This document shows, one piece after another, positions 32,459 through 42,135 of a stretch of 64,000 nucleotides of DNA (position 1 is its first letter; each line of letters opens with the position of its first letter). A program made the position numbers and the translations under genes. The stretch is taken from contig CAVPNL010000006.1 of NCBI GenBank assembly GCA_963706575.1, positions 1-64,000 on the forward strand. The letters are read 5' to 3'. The DNA comes from an uncultured delta proteobacterium. Its GTDB lineage: Bacteria > Desulfobacterota > Desulfobacteria > Desulfobacterales > JAHEIW01. The notes below the pieces were generated by a model that was not told the DNA's origin, did not search any database, and saw only the letters and a program-made list of their open reading frames with translations.

Positions 32459-34609
32459 TTAGTTGGCTGCCAGCGCTTGCCGGACCGTATTGGCCAGATC
32501 GCGCATGACCAGCGGTTTCATCAGGAAGGTTTGAATGCCCATTTCGGAGGCATTCTGGCGGGTAAATTTTTCGCTGTAACCGGTGCACAGAACGACCGGA
32601 ATATCGTCGCGGATGTTTATTATTTTTTTGGCCAGCTTATCACCGGTCAGGTTTGGCATGACAATATCGGTAATCACCAGATCGAATCGATTCGGGTCTA
32701 CTTTGAAATACTCCAGGGCTTCGATGCTGCTGGTTCGCGTGGCAACGCTATACCCCAGGCGTTCCAGCATTTGCCTTCCGATTTCCACCAGCGGTTGCTC
32801 GTCATCTACCAGTAGAATGTGCTCACATCCCATCGGCAGCGGTGTGGAAATTTCGTCGTCTGGCGTTAATTTTCGCTTTATGGTGGGAAGATACACGTGA
32901 AACGCAGCGCCTTTACCCACTTCGCTTTCAACCGTTACCGCACCATTGTTGGATTTGACAATTCCCTCGACAACGGCTAATCCCAGGCCGGTCCCCTTAC
33001 CTTTTTCTTTTGTTGTAAAATAGGGATTAAAAATGTGCTGCTGGACCTCGGGATGAATACCTTCTCCGCTGTCTTTGACACTCAGTTTCAGATAAGATCC
33101 CGTTTTGAGGCCCGGGATGTCGGCGGCGGCCTTTTGATCTAACTCGATGTTGCCCAGATGGATTTCAAGAACACCGTCTTTTTCATTGATCGCATGTGAA
33201 GCATTGGTGCAAAGGTTCATCAACACCTGGTGGATCTGGGTTGGATCGGCCTCAATTACCCCGGTGTCTTTTTCAATGTGATGCTGAATTGAAATCGTGG
33301 TCGGCAGAGAGGCCCGCAGCATTTTGATGGCCTCTTTGGCAATATGGGCCACCTGAATGGGTTTGCGTTCCTGTTTGTTCTGGCGGCTGAAGGCCAGAAT
33401 TTGCTTGACCATGTCCCGGGCGTGTTTGCTGGCGCTAAAGATTTCTTTTAGATTTTGCCTGACTTCCCCGTCGACATCTCCGTTCATCAATATCAGTTCG
33501 GTGTAACCAATAATGACCGAAAGAATATTATTAAAGTCGTGCGCGATTCCGCCGGCCAGTGTCCCGATGGCCTCCATCTTCTGGGCCTGCTGAAGTTGAT
33601 ATTCCAGGTTTTTCTTTTCTTCCTCAGCCTGTTTTTGTTCCGTGATGTCATGCACTACGACTGTCGCGCCTTTTGGTTTCCCATCGTCGGTATAAATAAT
33701 TTTCGAATTAATCAGAACATAGAATTCACGGCCGCTTTTGGCTCTGATTTTAAATTCAACCGATGACGGTACTTTCTGACCTTTAAGAATTTTGTCCAGG
33801 CGTTCAAGAAATTTTTTCTGACTGTCCTCCGCCAAAATATCAAGGGCGCTCATGGCTAAAAGCTCTTGCCGGGTATAGCCGGTGTACTCGCAGATGAGAT
33901 CATTGACGCTGACAAATGTTCCTTCGATAAAATCAACTTCGTAAATGCCGGCAGGTGCATGATTCACCAGCTGCCTGTATTTTGCCTCGCTTTCCCGCAA
34001 AGCCCTTTGTGACTGTTTTTGCGCGGTTACGTCGCGTGCAATGCCGCGAAATCCGATGGGGTTTCCCTCAGGATCTGTTATTAACGAGACGGAAGCATCC
34101 ACGTGACTTTTAGAGCCGTCGACTTTGATAATTTCCCAGTCAAAAGCCTTTGTGGGCTTGCCTGTTTCGTATACCCGATTAAAGGTTTTAAACACCTTTT
34201 TGGCGTTTTCTTCATCCATATATTCCCGGTTGTTCATTCCGGCCATTGCCGTCGCAGAATATCCGATTAACCGGCAGAGGGCATCGTTGAAATAGGTGAA
34301 ATTACCCTCGAGGTCGACTTCAAAATACCCGTCTTCGATATTGTCCAGAATGGTGCGGTATTTTTTTTCACTTTCACGCAGTGCGGTTTCGGACTCGGCC
34401 AGCCTGACCGCCACCCGGACAACGGCATAGGATATGATGGGTGCAATAATTGCCGGAAATACGATGGATTTGATAATCATTTCCGGATGCATTTCACCGA
34501 TAATCAGCGATATACCGATTTCAAGCGCCAGTGCCCCTAAAATTGAGATCATAGTGATGGCCAGAGCGGTTTTTGCCGCCCCCATTTTTTGCATCCAGTT
34601 CAGGATCAT
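32459..34609 (-). CDS. PAS-PAS hybrid sensor histidine kinase with receiver
   Basis: 2 TM, two PAS domains, AGGIAHDFNN, NLCTNA, FTTK..GKGTGLGL, LVDDE...TDIVMP. Confidence 0.93.
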   Translation of the reverse strand: MILNWMQKMGAAKTALAITMISILGALALEIGISLIIGEMHPEMIIKSIVFPAIIAPIISYAVVRVAVRLAESETALRESEKKYRTILDNIEDGYFEVDLEGNFTYFNDALCRLIGYSATAMAGMNNREYMDEENAKKVFKTFNRVYETGKPTKAFDWEIIKVDGSKSHVDASVSLITDPEGNPIGFRGIARDVTAQKQSQRALRESEAKYRQLVNHAPAGIYEVDFIEGTFVSVNDLICEYTGYTRQELLAMSALDILAEDSQKKFLERLDKILKGQKVPSSVEFKIRAKSGREFYVLINSKIIYTDDGKPKGATVVVHDITEQKQAEEEKKNLEYQLQQAQKMEAIGTLAGGIAHDFNNILSVIIGYTELILMNGDVDGEVRQNLKEIFSASKHARDMVKQILAFSRQNKQERKPIQVAHIAKEAIKMLRASLPTTISIQHHIEKDTGVIEADPTQIHQVLMNLCTNASHAINEKDGVLEIHLGNIELDQKAAADIPGLKTGSYLKLSVKDSGEGIHPEVQQHIFNPYFTTKEKGKGTGLGLAVVEGIVKSNNGAVTVESEVGKGAAFHVYLPTIKRKLTPDDEISTPLPMGCEHILLVDDEQPLVEIGRQMLERLGYSVATRTSSIEALEYFKVDPNRFDLVITDIVMPNLTGDKLAKKIINIRDDIPVVLCTGYSEKFTRQNASEMGIQTFLMKPLVMRDLANTVRQALAAN

Positions 34610-34903
34610 TAAGGTTGTCCGGTTATTTTCTCAGAAATGTTAATAATACCTGCCGGTATGGGGCCTGTTTGGTAACAGCCCGTTGCTAAAAATTTTTTGC
34701 AAAAACTGTGCTACGAATCGCCTGTATGAAATAAAAGTGAATATTAAACCTAATAATCGGATAAGATTGAGATAAATCCTGTTTCTATTATCGGTCGTTC
34801 GCCAGATTTCTTGAAGAATTCGTTGAAAAATTGACGTCGGCGGGAAAAAGGTGCGGGAAAGTGGTAAAATTGTGCTCGACGATGGGCGAGCGAGGATCGA
34901 GTT

Positions 34904-37900
34904 TCAGCTCCCAACGAACTTCGCTTCCACCCAACCTTTACCGTAGTAGTCTTCCGGCAAATAGGTCAGCTTGGTGCCGTTGAGCTGTTTCATATAGACC
35001 TGGTCAAACTGGATGAAAAAGGTGGGCTGGGTTTCATCTCCGGGGATAGCGGCCAGATCCGGTGGTTGCAGAAAGGGTGCCGTTTTAAAAGATCCGTTTT
35101 TCCAGCTAAATGCTTGCTGTTTGGGTATGCGCATGTAGTCATTCTTACCACCGGCGGATTCAACTCCAGATAATACAGTGAAATAATATCCTTTATAAGG
35201 CTTGAGATCATATCCGAAGCGTTCTTGACCGGCTGGATCGGAATGAGCAATCTTCTGATCGATCAGCTTCATGGGTGTTTGCTTTTTACGGTCGTACAGA
35301 TAAAACATGCCGGCAATATCATCGCCATATTGGGTACGCTGCTTGCGCCTGGCCCGGTCAATTTGCTTGAGCGTCATGACTATTTCCCGTTGGTTTTCGA
35401 TACTCTTCTTAAATTGTGTGTAGCTGGCTTCATCCACCGGGCGCTGCTGCTGGTCGAATTGAATCGTCTTTTTGATTTTTTGAGTAGCCACATCAATTGC
35501 AAAGGTGGCCGGCACTCCCCAGAAATAAATTTTTTTCTGGTTGCCCTCGATGCCGGTATAATTATCCTTCCTTAGGCGACGCCCCCTGGCGTCGAAAGCC
35601 ATCGATTGGATGATCTCAGCTTTGCCGGCATCAAATGTGATTTCATTTTTGTTGAAACTGACCTTAATCGGTTTATTGGAAGGCAGTTTTTGAACGACGA
35701 TTTTGCCATCGGATTTTTTAACAAAGCTTAATCGGTGAATTTCCGATGCCAGGTTCATCTCAATCTTGCCGACGGCCGCATGGACTTTTTTGAGATCTCC
35801 ATTTGAAAGGCCGTAGCTGATATCAGAGGGGCCGTAAAATGAATTGCCGGACAGATAAACCGGTTCACGCTCTCCGAAAAAATGAACCTCCCATCGAATA
35901 TCACCCGTGAAGGGACCCTTTGGCAGGGCCACGTGAAGACTGTCGGTCCATGACATGCCGCCGGCCTCCCGCCAGTTCACTTCCAGACCGGTGAGGTCAT
36001 CTGCGCTGTAATTCACATAGGCCACCATCGGATGGCGATCATAGCGCAGTCTTTTGGGATTCTCCGGCTTATGAGACAGAGCCAGCTCTTTGCCACGGTT
36101 GAGATCAACTTCGATCTCAAATGGGTAGTCGAACATTTCCTGTACCACGGCGACGATGAGCGTGTGGATCTTTCCCTGAAAGCGAGCGGCCGTCGATGAA
36201 GAAGAGTTCATGGATTCACTGGAAGCCAATGACCGGCCTGTTTTGTCAAGAGCGAAAAGCTTGGCGGATACACCGCCGCGAAAGGTAACCTTGGCCACAT
36301 CTTTTTCCAGGCGGCTCAACTTCACCCGCACACCGGCGGATTCCCTTATGGTACCGGGTTTGTTGCCGGCTTCAAATTTTACCCTTTTCAAACTAACCGG
36401 CAAAGCGAGATTAAAGCGGATTTTTGCAGTCCCCAGCGCTTCTGCCGGGATGCCGGGTTTAACGTTCACATGGATATTGCCGGGTGATTCGCTTCCCGGG
36501 CTGATGATATGTTGAAACTGGTTTTCTTCGATCCGCATGATACTGGCACCATCCGTGGATACGACATCCAGCATCTCATAGGTCATCTGGGCCAGGGATG
36601 CATTGGGAACTTCAATTGTGTCGATGGCCAGCGTCATCCTGGGCTGGTCACCGAAGTCCCAGTAATTTCCGGGAAACAGACTTTTCTGAACCACAGCGGG
36701 GATCGTTTTTTTCAGGTTGTCGATATCGACGGTGCTTGATAAACGCGGCGGATGTGTGTAGCGGGCTGCAATCGGATCTTCACTGGGCGCAAGTTCCATG
36801 CCCTGGGCAAACAGCTGGCCGAGAGTAGCTTCCGACAGAGAGGCGAAAAACGCTTTGTCATGCTGCTCTTCCCAGTTAAGCTCGAGCATCAGACGGTTAT
36901 TTTTATGCTCGATTTTATGGCGGTAACGGGGATCGTTAAAAAGCTCGATCAGCTTTAAAACCATGCCGTCGGCATCGAGATCATCCGGGTTTCCCGATCG
37001 CAATTGCTGATAAATGCGGCGGCCATTCACTCCTTTGCGAAACTGCTGGCTATAACGAAGCACCCGACCGCTGGTTTTGTCCAGACGGAATCCGATTGCC
37101 AAAGATTCGACCCCTTTCAAGGGTTCGGATAATTGAGCCAGCACGCCGCCGCCCATTGCAGCCACCATGGCGGCCTGCGGGTTTTGCTGCAGGGCGGGAT
37201 TGCTCTGAATCTTTTTCTGCCAATCATTGCTGAAGTTTTCAGGAATTTTAACGGACAGCAGCACCAGATCCTGAGGCTGGGCGATTGATGCGATCATTTG
37301 CGCCACCCGGGTTTTGAGAATCGAGTCCTGTCCATCATTGAACACCCGGGATAAATTTTCCGGTGCAAAAACCGCTCTATGTTCAATAAATCGAACCCGA
37401 TAGCTGTCGATCGGAAAATTGTCCTGCTTGTCCTCGGGAATGATTTCTTTTTTGATGCGAAAGACGCCCTCGGATGCCGGTTCTAAAAATTGGAAATAAT
37501 TCCCTTGAGATCGCAGCTTCTTTTCCAGGCTTTTGCCCTTGTCACTCTCGGCTAAAATCACCGGCAGAAACGTGTGTTGCGGGTCCGGATACAGGTATAG
37601 CTGGACCTGATTGAATCCGAAAGACTTAAAAATGCCGGTGGTCATTTTATATTTGAGGTCTTTTTTATCCTCCGGCATGTTCTGGTCGATGGCCTCCATC
37701 AGGAGGGGGACATTGATTTTGGCTGCCAGGAAGGGTTCTGGGCGGGCTAGCGGCGCGCCTGCCCGTCTTATAGCCGACGTTTCTCGTTCTTTTTTAGAAA
37801 CAGTTTGCCTGTCTTTTTTGAAAATATTGTCTGCCCTGATTGTTTCTTTGGCCAAATGGCTTAACTTCGATCCGCTGTAGAAGACGCCGATAAACAAGAC

Positions 37901-38554
37901 CGCCAGGACGGCGGCTGCCGCCAGGGCCCAGGGCTTCCGCCACACAGGGGGTTTGGGGGATTCAATATTCTGAATGATCGGAACTTGCGGGGCCTGCTGA
38001 TCTTTTGGCGCTTCAGCGGATTTTTGCGCTGTTACCCTTTTGGAGATTTCATCCTTGAACGCGAAATCCAGGCCGGCAGCCGGGGTCAGTGACAGATTGC
38101 GGCCGCAGGCCTTGCATTTGGTGGTGGTCACCCCCGGCGGAATCTTGGCAGTGTTGATGCTGTACTTTTTGCCGCAGTATAAACAGGTGATCTCTTTTGT
38201 TTCGCTAGTCTGCTGGACCGTTTTCACCGGATCCGGTTTGGCCGCGGCGGCGACTTTGGGCTTTAGTGAAATTGTATGGCCGCAGGCTTTGCATTTGGTA
38301 CTCGCCACCCCCTGCGGGATGGATTTCGGGTTGATCTGATATTGGCGGCTGCAGTACTGACAGGTGATTTGCATCATTCCCGCCTTGGGCGATGGCGCTG
38401 CTTGAGCCGGCCTATCAGGCGGCGCCTGGGGCGCATCTTGACGCAGTGAGATTGAATTTCCGCAGGCTTTGCATTTGGTGCTGGTTACGCCGGATGGAAT
38501 CTTGCTTGAATCCACATTGTAGACTTTGTTGCATTTCGAACAGATGATTTGCAT
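34904..38554 (-). CDS. Large membrane-anchored protein with three N-terminal MJ0042-type zinc-ribbon repeats
   Basis: Three copies of I.CxxC...Y.I/V....IP.GV..TKCKACG, a Pro-rich linker, one TM (WALAAAAVLAVLFIGVFY) and about 980 aa of C-terminal region. Confidence 0.85.
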   Translation of the reverse strand: MQIICSKCNKVYNVDSSKIPSGVTSTKCKACGNSISLRQDAPQAPPDRPAQAAPSPKAGMMQITCQYCSRQYQINPKSIPQGVASTKCKACGHTISLKPKVAAAAKPDPVKTVQQTSETKEITCLYCGKKYSINTAKIPPGVTTTKCKACGRNLSLTPAAGLDFAFKDEISKRVTAQKSAEAPKDQQAPQVPIIQNIESPKPPVWRKPWALAAAAVLAVLFIGVFYSGSKLSHLAKETIRADNIFKKDRQTVSKKERETSAIRRAGAPLARPEPFLAAKINVPLLMEAIDQNMPEDKKDLKYKMTTGIFKSFGFNQVQLYLYPDPQHTFLPVILAESDKGKSLEKKLRSQGNYFQFLEPASEGVFRIKKEIIPEDKQDNFPIDSYRVRFIEHRAVFAPENLSRVFNDGQDSILKTRVAQMIASIAQPQDLVLLSVKIPENFSNDWQKKIQSNPALQQNPQAAMVAAMGGGVLAQLSEPLKGVESLAIGFRLDKTSGRVLRYSQQFRKGVNGRRIYQQLRSGNPDDLDADGMVLKLIELFNDPRYRHKIEHKNNRLMLELNWEEQHDKAFFASLSEATLGQLFAQGMELAPSEDPIAARYTHPPRLSSTVDIDNLKKTIPAVVQKSLFPGNYWDFGDQPRMTLAIDTIEVPNASLAQMTYEMLDVVSTDGASIMRIEENQFQHIISPGSESPGNIHVNVKPGIPAEALGTAKIRFNLALPVSLKRVKFEAGNKPGTIRESAGVRVKLSRLEKDVAKVTFRGGVSAKLFALDKTGRSLASSESMNSSSSTAARFQGKIHTLIVAVVQEMFDYPFEIEVDLNRGKELALSHKPENPKRLRYDRHPMVAYVNYSADDLTGLEVNWREAGGMSWTDSLHVALPKGPFTGDIRWEVHFFGEREPVYLSGNSFYGPSDISYGLSNGDLKKVHAAVGKIEMNLASEIHRLSFVKKSDGKIVVQKLPSNKPIKVSFNKNEITFDAGKAEIIQSMAFDARGRRLRKDNYTGIEGNQKKIYFWGVPATFAIDVATQKIKKTIQFDQQQRPVDEASYTQFKKSIENQREIVMTLKQIDRARRKQRTQYGDDIAGMFYLYDRKKQTPMKLIDQKIAHSDPAGQERFGYDLKPYKGYYFTVLSGVESAGGKNDYMRIPKQQAFSWKNGSFKTAPFLQPPDLAAIPGDETQPTFFIQFDQVYMKQLNGTKLTYLPEDYYGKGWVEAKFVGS

Positions 38555-38633
38555 GGCGACTTCCTGATTTTATGGCTTTGGATGATTCGGGTACTCTGAA
38601 GATTTGTGTTGCTGAATTTAGCAGAGTGATTGT

Positions 38634-38736
38634 GTTAACCCGTTAGCCGGCTGGTCCGATTGCCCGTTGGTTGGGTAAGATGGTTGTTGTTTTTTTAAGG
38701 TTACCGGTTAACCGGCTAACGGGCCAACGGGCAAAC
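38634..38736. repeat. Octamer tandem inverted-repeat element
   Basis: gttaaccc-gttagccg-gctggtcc-gattgccc ... taaccggc-taacgggc-caacgggc-aaac. Confidence 0.65.
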
Positions 38737-39023
38737 CTACTAAAATTATCTCATATTATTTTGTTGTTCGCAAATTTTTTAACTAACCTCCTTAAAAGAT
38801 AGATGATATGAGCTTCGAACAATTGCAAATGAGGCCGGTGTGAAGTGAACAAGAGAGATCAATTGGCAAGAATCAAAATTAGGATTTGATTTATTTGGCA
38901 ACAACCCATTATGATGTTTGCCGTGTTCCTAAGTTTGCTTTACTTCGAATATGAATGCAAAACTGTGACTCACCCAGTTAGTAACCCGGGCACTAATTAT
39001 TTTTGATTGGATGGGAGTAAAAC

Positions 39024-39770
39024 ATGGAAGAAAATATATTAGCAACCGCCGGAAATCAGCTTACGGAGATCCCAAGGCAAATATGGGAGCAGCATGAAGG
39101 TCAAACATTACAAGACATATCTAAAATGCTTGGCTTTATGACAGAGGCGCATCATCTGATCCGCTATTTTGTCGTCAGGGAACTTCCGCGTATCGGGAAA
39201 CCCATGCCGCCGGAACTCATATCCGACGAACTTAACATACCGCTGTCAAAAACAATTGAAATTCTTGACGACCTGGAGAAAAATCTTTTTTTTCTGGTTC
39301 GAAATGAGCAGGGCGAAATCTCCTGGGCTTTTCCGGTTACAGCTGACAAAACGCCACACCAATTGACCTTCAGCACCGGGGAGAGGCTAAACGCAGCCTG
39401 AGCCGTTGATGCGATTGCCACGCCCTTCGTGCAGGGGCGACTGAGAAAAGAATCCATTTCAGTTACCATAGATACGGTATGTGCGCATTGCAATCATCCG
39501 ATTAAAATCGTGATAGACAGCGAAATGAACTGTGAGGTTGCCCGGGAAAATGCCAGCCTCCATATCTTTTCACCACAGATAGACTGGGAATCTTTTTCAG
39601 CACCGAATATTATTCCCGACTTCTGACAGAAATCCGTATTCTTCAGGTCAGAAGAACACGCGAGAGAACATCTAACAACGGCGGAACCAGTTAATGGATT
39701 GTGCTTAACCCTTGACCAGGCTGTTTATTCAATACCGATTTTTCAAGGTGCCCTCTTTGCATTTAACTAA
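39024..39770 (+). CDS. MerB (organomercurial lyase)-like selenoprotein with two in-frame UGA (Sec) codons, 248 aa
   Basis: Single frame from ATG 39024 to TAA 39768-39770, interrupted only by TGA 39399 and TGA 39624. Contexts RLNAA-U-AVDA and IIPDF-U-QKSVFF match MerB RLYAW-C96-ALD99 and RQSF-C159-CHVHFF. A hairpin follows each UGA. Confidence 0.85.
39421..39439 (+). promoter_or_regulatory. Putative bacterial SECIS element 1
   Basis: CGCCCTT-CGTGC-AGGGGCG: 7-bp stem (one G-U), loop starts 26 nt after the UGA, G at loop position 2. Confidence 0.65.
39635..39660 (+). promoter_or_regulatory. Putative bacterial SECIS element 2
   Basis: CGT-A-TTCTTC-AGGTCA-GAAGAA-C-ACG: loop starts 18 nt after the UGA, G at loop position 2. 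Confidence 0.7.
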
Positions 39771-39818
39771 GTCGCCCGGCGAACCATACTTTAATCACTT
39801 CAAAGGAGGAACCTGATT

Positions 39819-40664
39819 ATGAAGTTTGGTGACGTTTTATACGAATCGAAGGATCGAGTTGCCACGATCATATTGAATCGCCCTGAACGGTTTAACGCCA
39901 TCAGCGAAACCATGCCGGACGATATCGCCGCGGCGTTTGAATATGCCAACGACGATGATGCGGTTCATGTGGTGGTACTGACAGGTGCCGGCCGGGGGTT
40001 TTGCGGTGGCTATGATTTAAAGACCTACGCGGAAAAATCCGGCGAGAACCCGGCCATCCAGGATATGCCCTGGGATCCCATGATCGACTATAAATTTATG
40101 AGCCGCTGTACGCAAAAATTCATGTCGATCTGGCGATGCCATAAACCGGTGATCGCGCGCGTGCATGGTGATGCGGTCGCCGGAGGCAGTGATATTGCCC
40201 TGTGCAGCGACATTATCATTATGAATGAAAAAGCGCGTATCGGTTATCCGCCCTCACGTGTATGGGGCTGTCCGACTACAGCCATGTGGGTGTATCGATT
40301 CGGCGCCGAAAAAGCCAAACAAATTCTTTTTACGGGGGATTTAATATCCGGAAAAAAAGCAGCGGAAATGGGGCTTGTTTTTCAGGCGGTACCCCTCGCT
40401 GAATTGGATGAGGCCGTTAATCGGCTGACGAATCGAATTAAGGGCGTGCCAAAAAATCAGCTCATGATGATGAAAATGATGGTCAACCAGGCTTATGAAA
40501 ATATGGGCCTGGCAGGCACCCAAACCATCGCAACCCTTTTCGACGGTATGGCCCGGCACAGCCCCGAAGGGGTCTGGTTTAAAGAACGCGCCGAGGAAGT
40601 CGGTTTTAAACAGGCGGTCGCCGAACGGGATTCTGGCGACCCGATTCCCGGCAGTAAAAAATGA
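39819..40664 (+). CDS. Crotonase/enoyl-CoA hydratase family protein
   Basis: LNRPERFNA, GAGRGFCGGYDL and KPVIARVHG.AVAGG motifs; AAGGAGG RBS. Confidence 0.9.
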   Translation: MKFGDVLYESKDRVATIILNRPERFNAISETMPDDIAAAFEYANDDDAVHVVVLTGAGRGFCGGYDLKTYAEKSGENPAIQDMPWDPMIDYKFMSRCTQKFMSIWRCHKPVIARVHGDAVAGGSDIALCSDIIIMNEKARIGYPPSRVWGCPTTAMWVYRFGAEKAKQILFTGDLISGKKAAEMGLVFQAVPLAELDEAVNRLTNRIKGVPKNQLMMMKMMVNQAYENMGLAGTQTIATLFDGMARHSPEGVWFKERAEEVGFKQAVAERDSGDPIPGSKK

Positions 40665-40819
40665 ACTCAAATGAAACTGTAGATATCAAGAAGCGCTAAT
40701 TGTTGAGATATTTGGCACCTATCCTATAAACAGATTTTGGGGGGTCAATCGAAATTTTGGTTTGCCTCTAGCACTGCCAAACCAAGTACGACCAAGGCAA
40801 ATCAGTTCACCCGCTCTTG

Positions 40820-41149
40820 TCATTTTAGATCGCGCACCTTTGTGCGGGCCTCGATGAGATATTCTTCCCACTCCATCGGCAGGAGTTGTTTTTTGGTGGT
40901 ATTGCAGATTTTGCAGCAGGGCACCACGTTGCCCCGGGTGCTTTTGCCGCCGCGCGAAACCGGCACGATGTGATCCATGGTCAGCGCTTTGGGCGCAGTT
41001 GCGCTCCCGCAGTAGTAACATTTGCCTTTGGCAAGCCGGCGCTTCCACCACTGGGACTCCCTCAGCTCCCGGGCCTTGCTGCGTTCGCGCTTTAGGTCCG
41101 TCTCTTCCAGATTGTAGGCAAAAGGATCTATGGATTTTCTTTTTTTCAT
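40820..41149 (-). CDS. Small stand-alone HNH endonuclease domain protein
   Basis: CYYCG...TMDHIVPVSRGG....NVVPCCKICN. Confidence 0.88.
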   Translation of the reverse strand: MKKRKSIDPFAYNLEETDLKRERSKARELRESQWWKRRLAKGKCYYCGSATAPKALTMDHIVPVSRGGKSTRGNVVPCCKICNTTKKQLLPMEWEEYLIEARTKVRDLK

Positions 41150-41167
41150 GTCAATCTTTTAAATATT

Positions 41168-41261
41168 GTGTTTAGTATTTGGTTTTTAGTGTTTAGTGCG
41201 CCAAAAACGGACACACCTTCATTAATTTCAAACTAAACACCAAACACTAAATACCAAACAC
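41168..41261. repeat. Heptamer (GTGTTTR) inverted-repeat element
   Basis: gtgtttagtatttggtttttagtgtttagt versus actaaacaccaaacactaaataccaaacac (30-bp arms with few mismatches). Confidence 0.75.
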
Positions 41262-41286
41262 CTGTTGAATTTGCCTTTTTGCGATT

Positions 41287-42135
41287 TTATTTGGCCGGTG
41301 CACTTAAAGTACGCGCTAGCCAATTGTGAATTTCCCTTTTCAAAATTTCATAAAAAGCCTCCGAGCCGCCCAGGCCCCGGCGGCCGAAAAAATAATTTAT
41401 TTCAAGCATCAATGGTTTAATGTATTCTTTTACCGGCGCAAAGATGACATCGAAGCCGGCCAGGTTGATACCGGTTTTGTTGCAAAGATTTTTTACAAAC
41501 ACCTTCGCGACATTTTGCCGCTCTGGCTCCAGTTCTGTATCGATACGTGCTCCGCGGGACACACTGGACATAAAACCGTCGGTGTTTTCCTGAATCCGCC
41601 AATATGAAATCAGGGTCCGGCCGATGATGACCACCCGCAGGGTTTTACCTTCGGTGGGCACGTATTCCTGCAGCAAAAAGCCCTTTTGACCTGAACCTTC
41701 AAAATCAGCGGCCTGTTGCAAAACGCTTTTAAAATCTTCTCGTGAGTTTAACAGGTAAACGGTTTCGCCTTCACCCCCCCAGTCAAACTTAAAAACGCAC
41801 GGCAGCTCAAAGGCAATATCTTTTGGGCCGTCACCGTATTGCCGCCTGTAATCGTCCAGCGACGCATATGTTTCGGCGTGCGGGTGAGCCGTGCCGTTTG
41901 TTTGAAACAGGCGCATCTGGCCGATTTTCCCGGGATAATTAAAGCGGGCCTCATAATCGGGAAATACATGCCGGCAGTTGTCCCTGGCCATTTCATACAG
42001 GGATTGGCGGCACCCCTGGGGCAAAATAACGGCTTCGGCCGCCTTTACGGCCGCAAGGTCATCGGCGTCGGGCTCCCGCCCGGCACAAATGATGTTTTTG
42101 TCGGCTTCAAACATGGGATGAAAGGAAACGATCAT
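41287..42135 (-). CDS. ATP-grasp (RimK/GshB-like) protein
   Basis: PCVFK...GGEG, LLQEYVP, LRVVIIG, AGFD and LEINYFFG motifs. Confidence 0.8.
   Translation of the reverse strand: MIVSFHPMFEADKNIICAGREPDADDLAAVKAAEAVILPQGCRQSLYEMARDNCRHVFPDYEARFNYPGKIGQMRLFQTNGTAHPHAETYASLDDYRRQYGDGPKDIAFELPCVFKFDWGGEGETVYLLNSREDFKSVLQQAADFEGSGQKGFLLQEYVPTEGKTLRVVIIGRTLISYWRIQENTDGFMSSVSRGARIDTELEPERQNVAKVFVKNLCNKTGINLAGFDVIFAPVKEYIKPLMLEINYFFGRRGLGGSEAFYEILKREIHNWLARTLSAPAK

Noticed and set aside
34697..34713. Sigma-54 promoter for the hybrid kinase (TAGCACAGTTTTTGCA on the minus strand)
   Set aside because: The invariant -24 GG is AG, which is too weak to call.
39024..39626. Two separate small ORFs (125 aa and 65 aa) or a nonsense-mutated merB pseudogene
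   Set aside because: Both are in the same frame, both stops are TGA at catalytic Cys positions, both have SECIS-like hairpins, and MerB-like sequence continues to TAA 39770.
40820..41149. HNH protein as a restriction or defence system or homing element
   Set aside because: No methylase, immunity gene, intron or other defence context; it resembles a common small stand-alone HNH protein.
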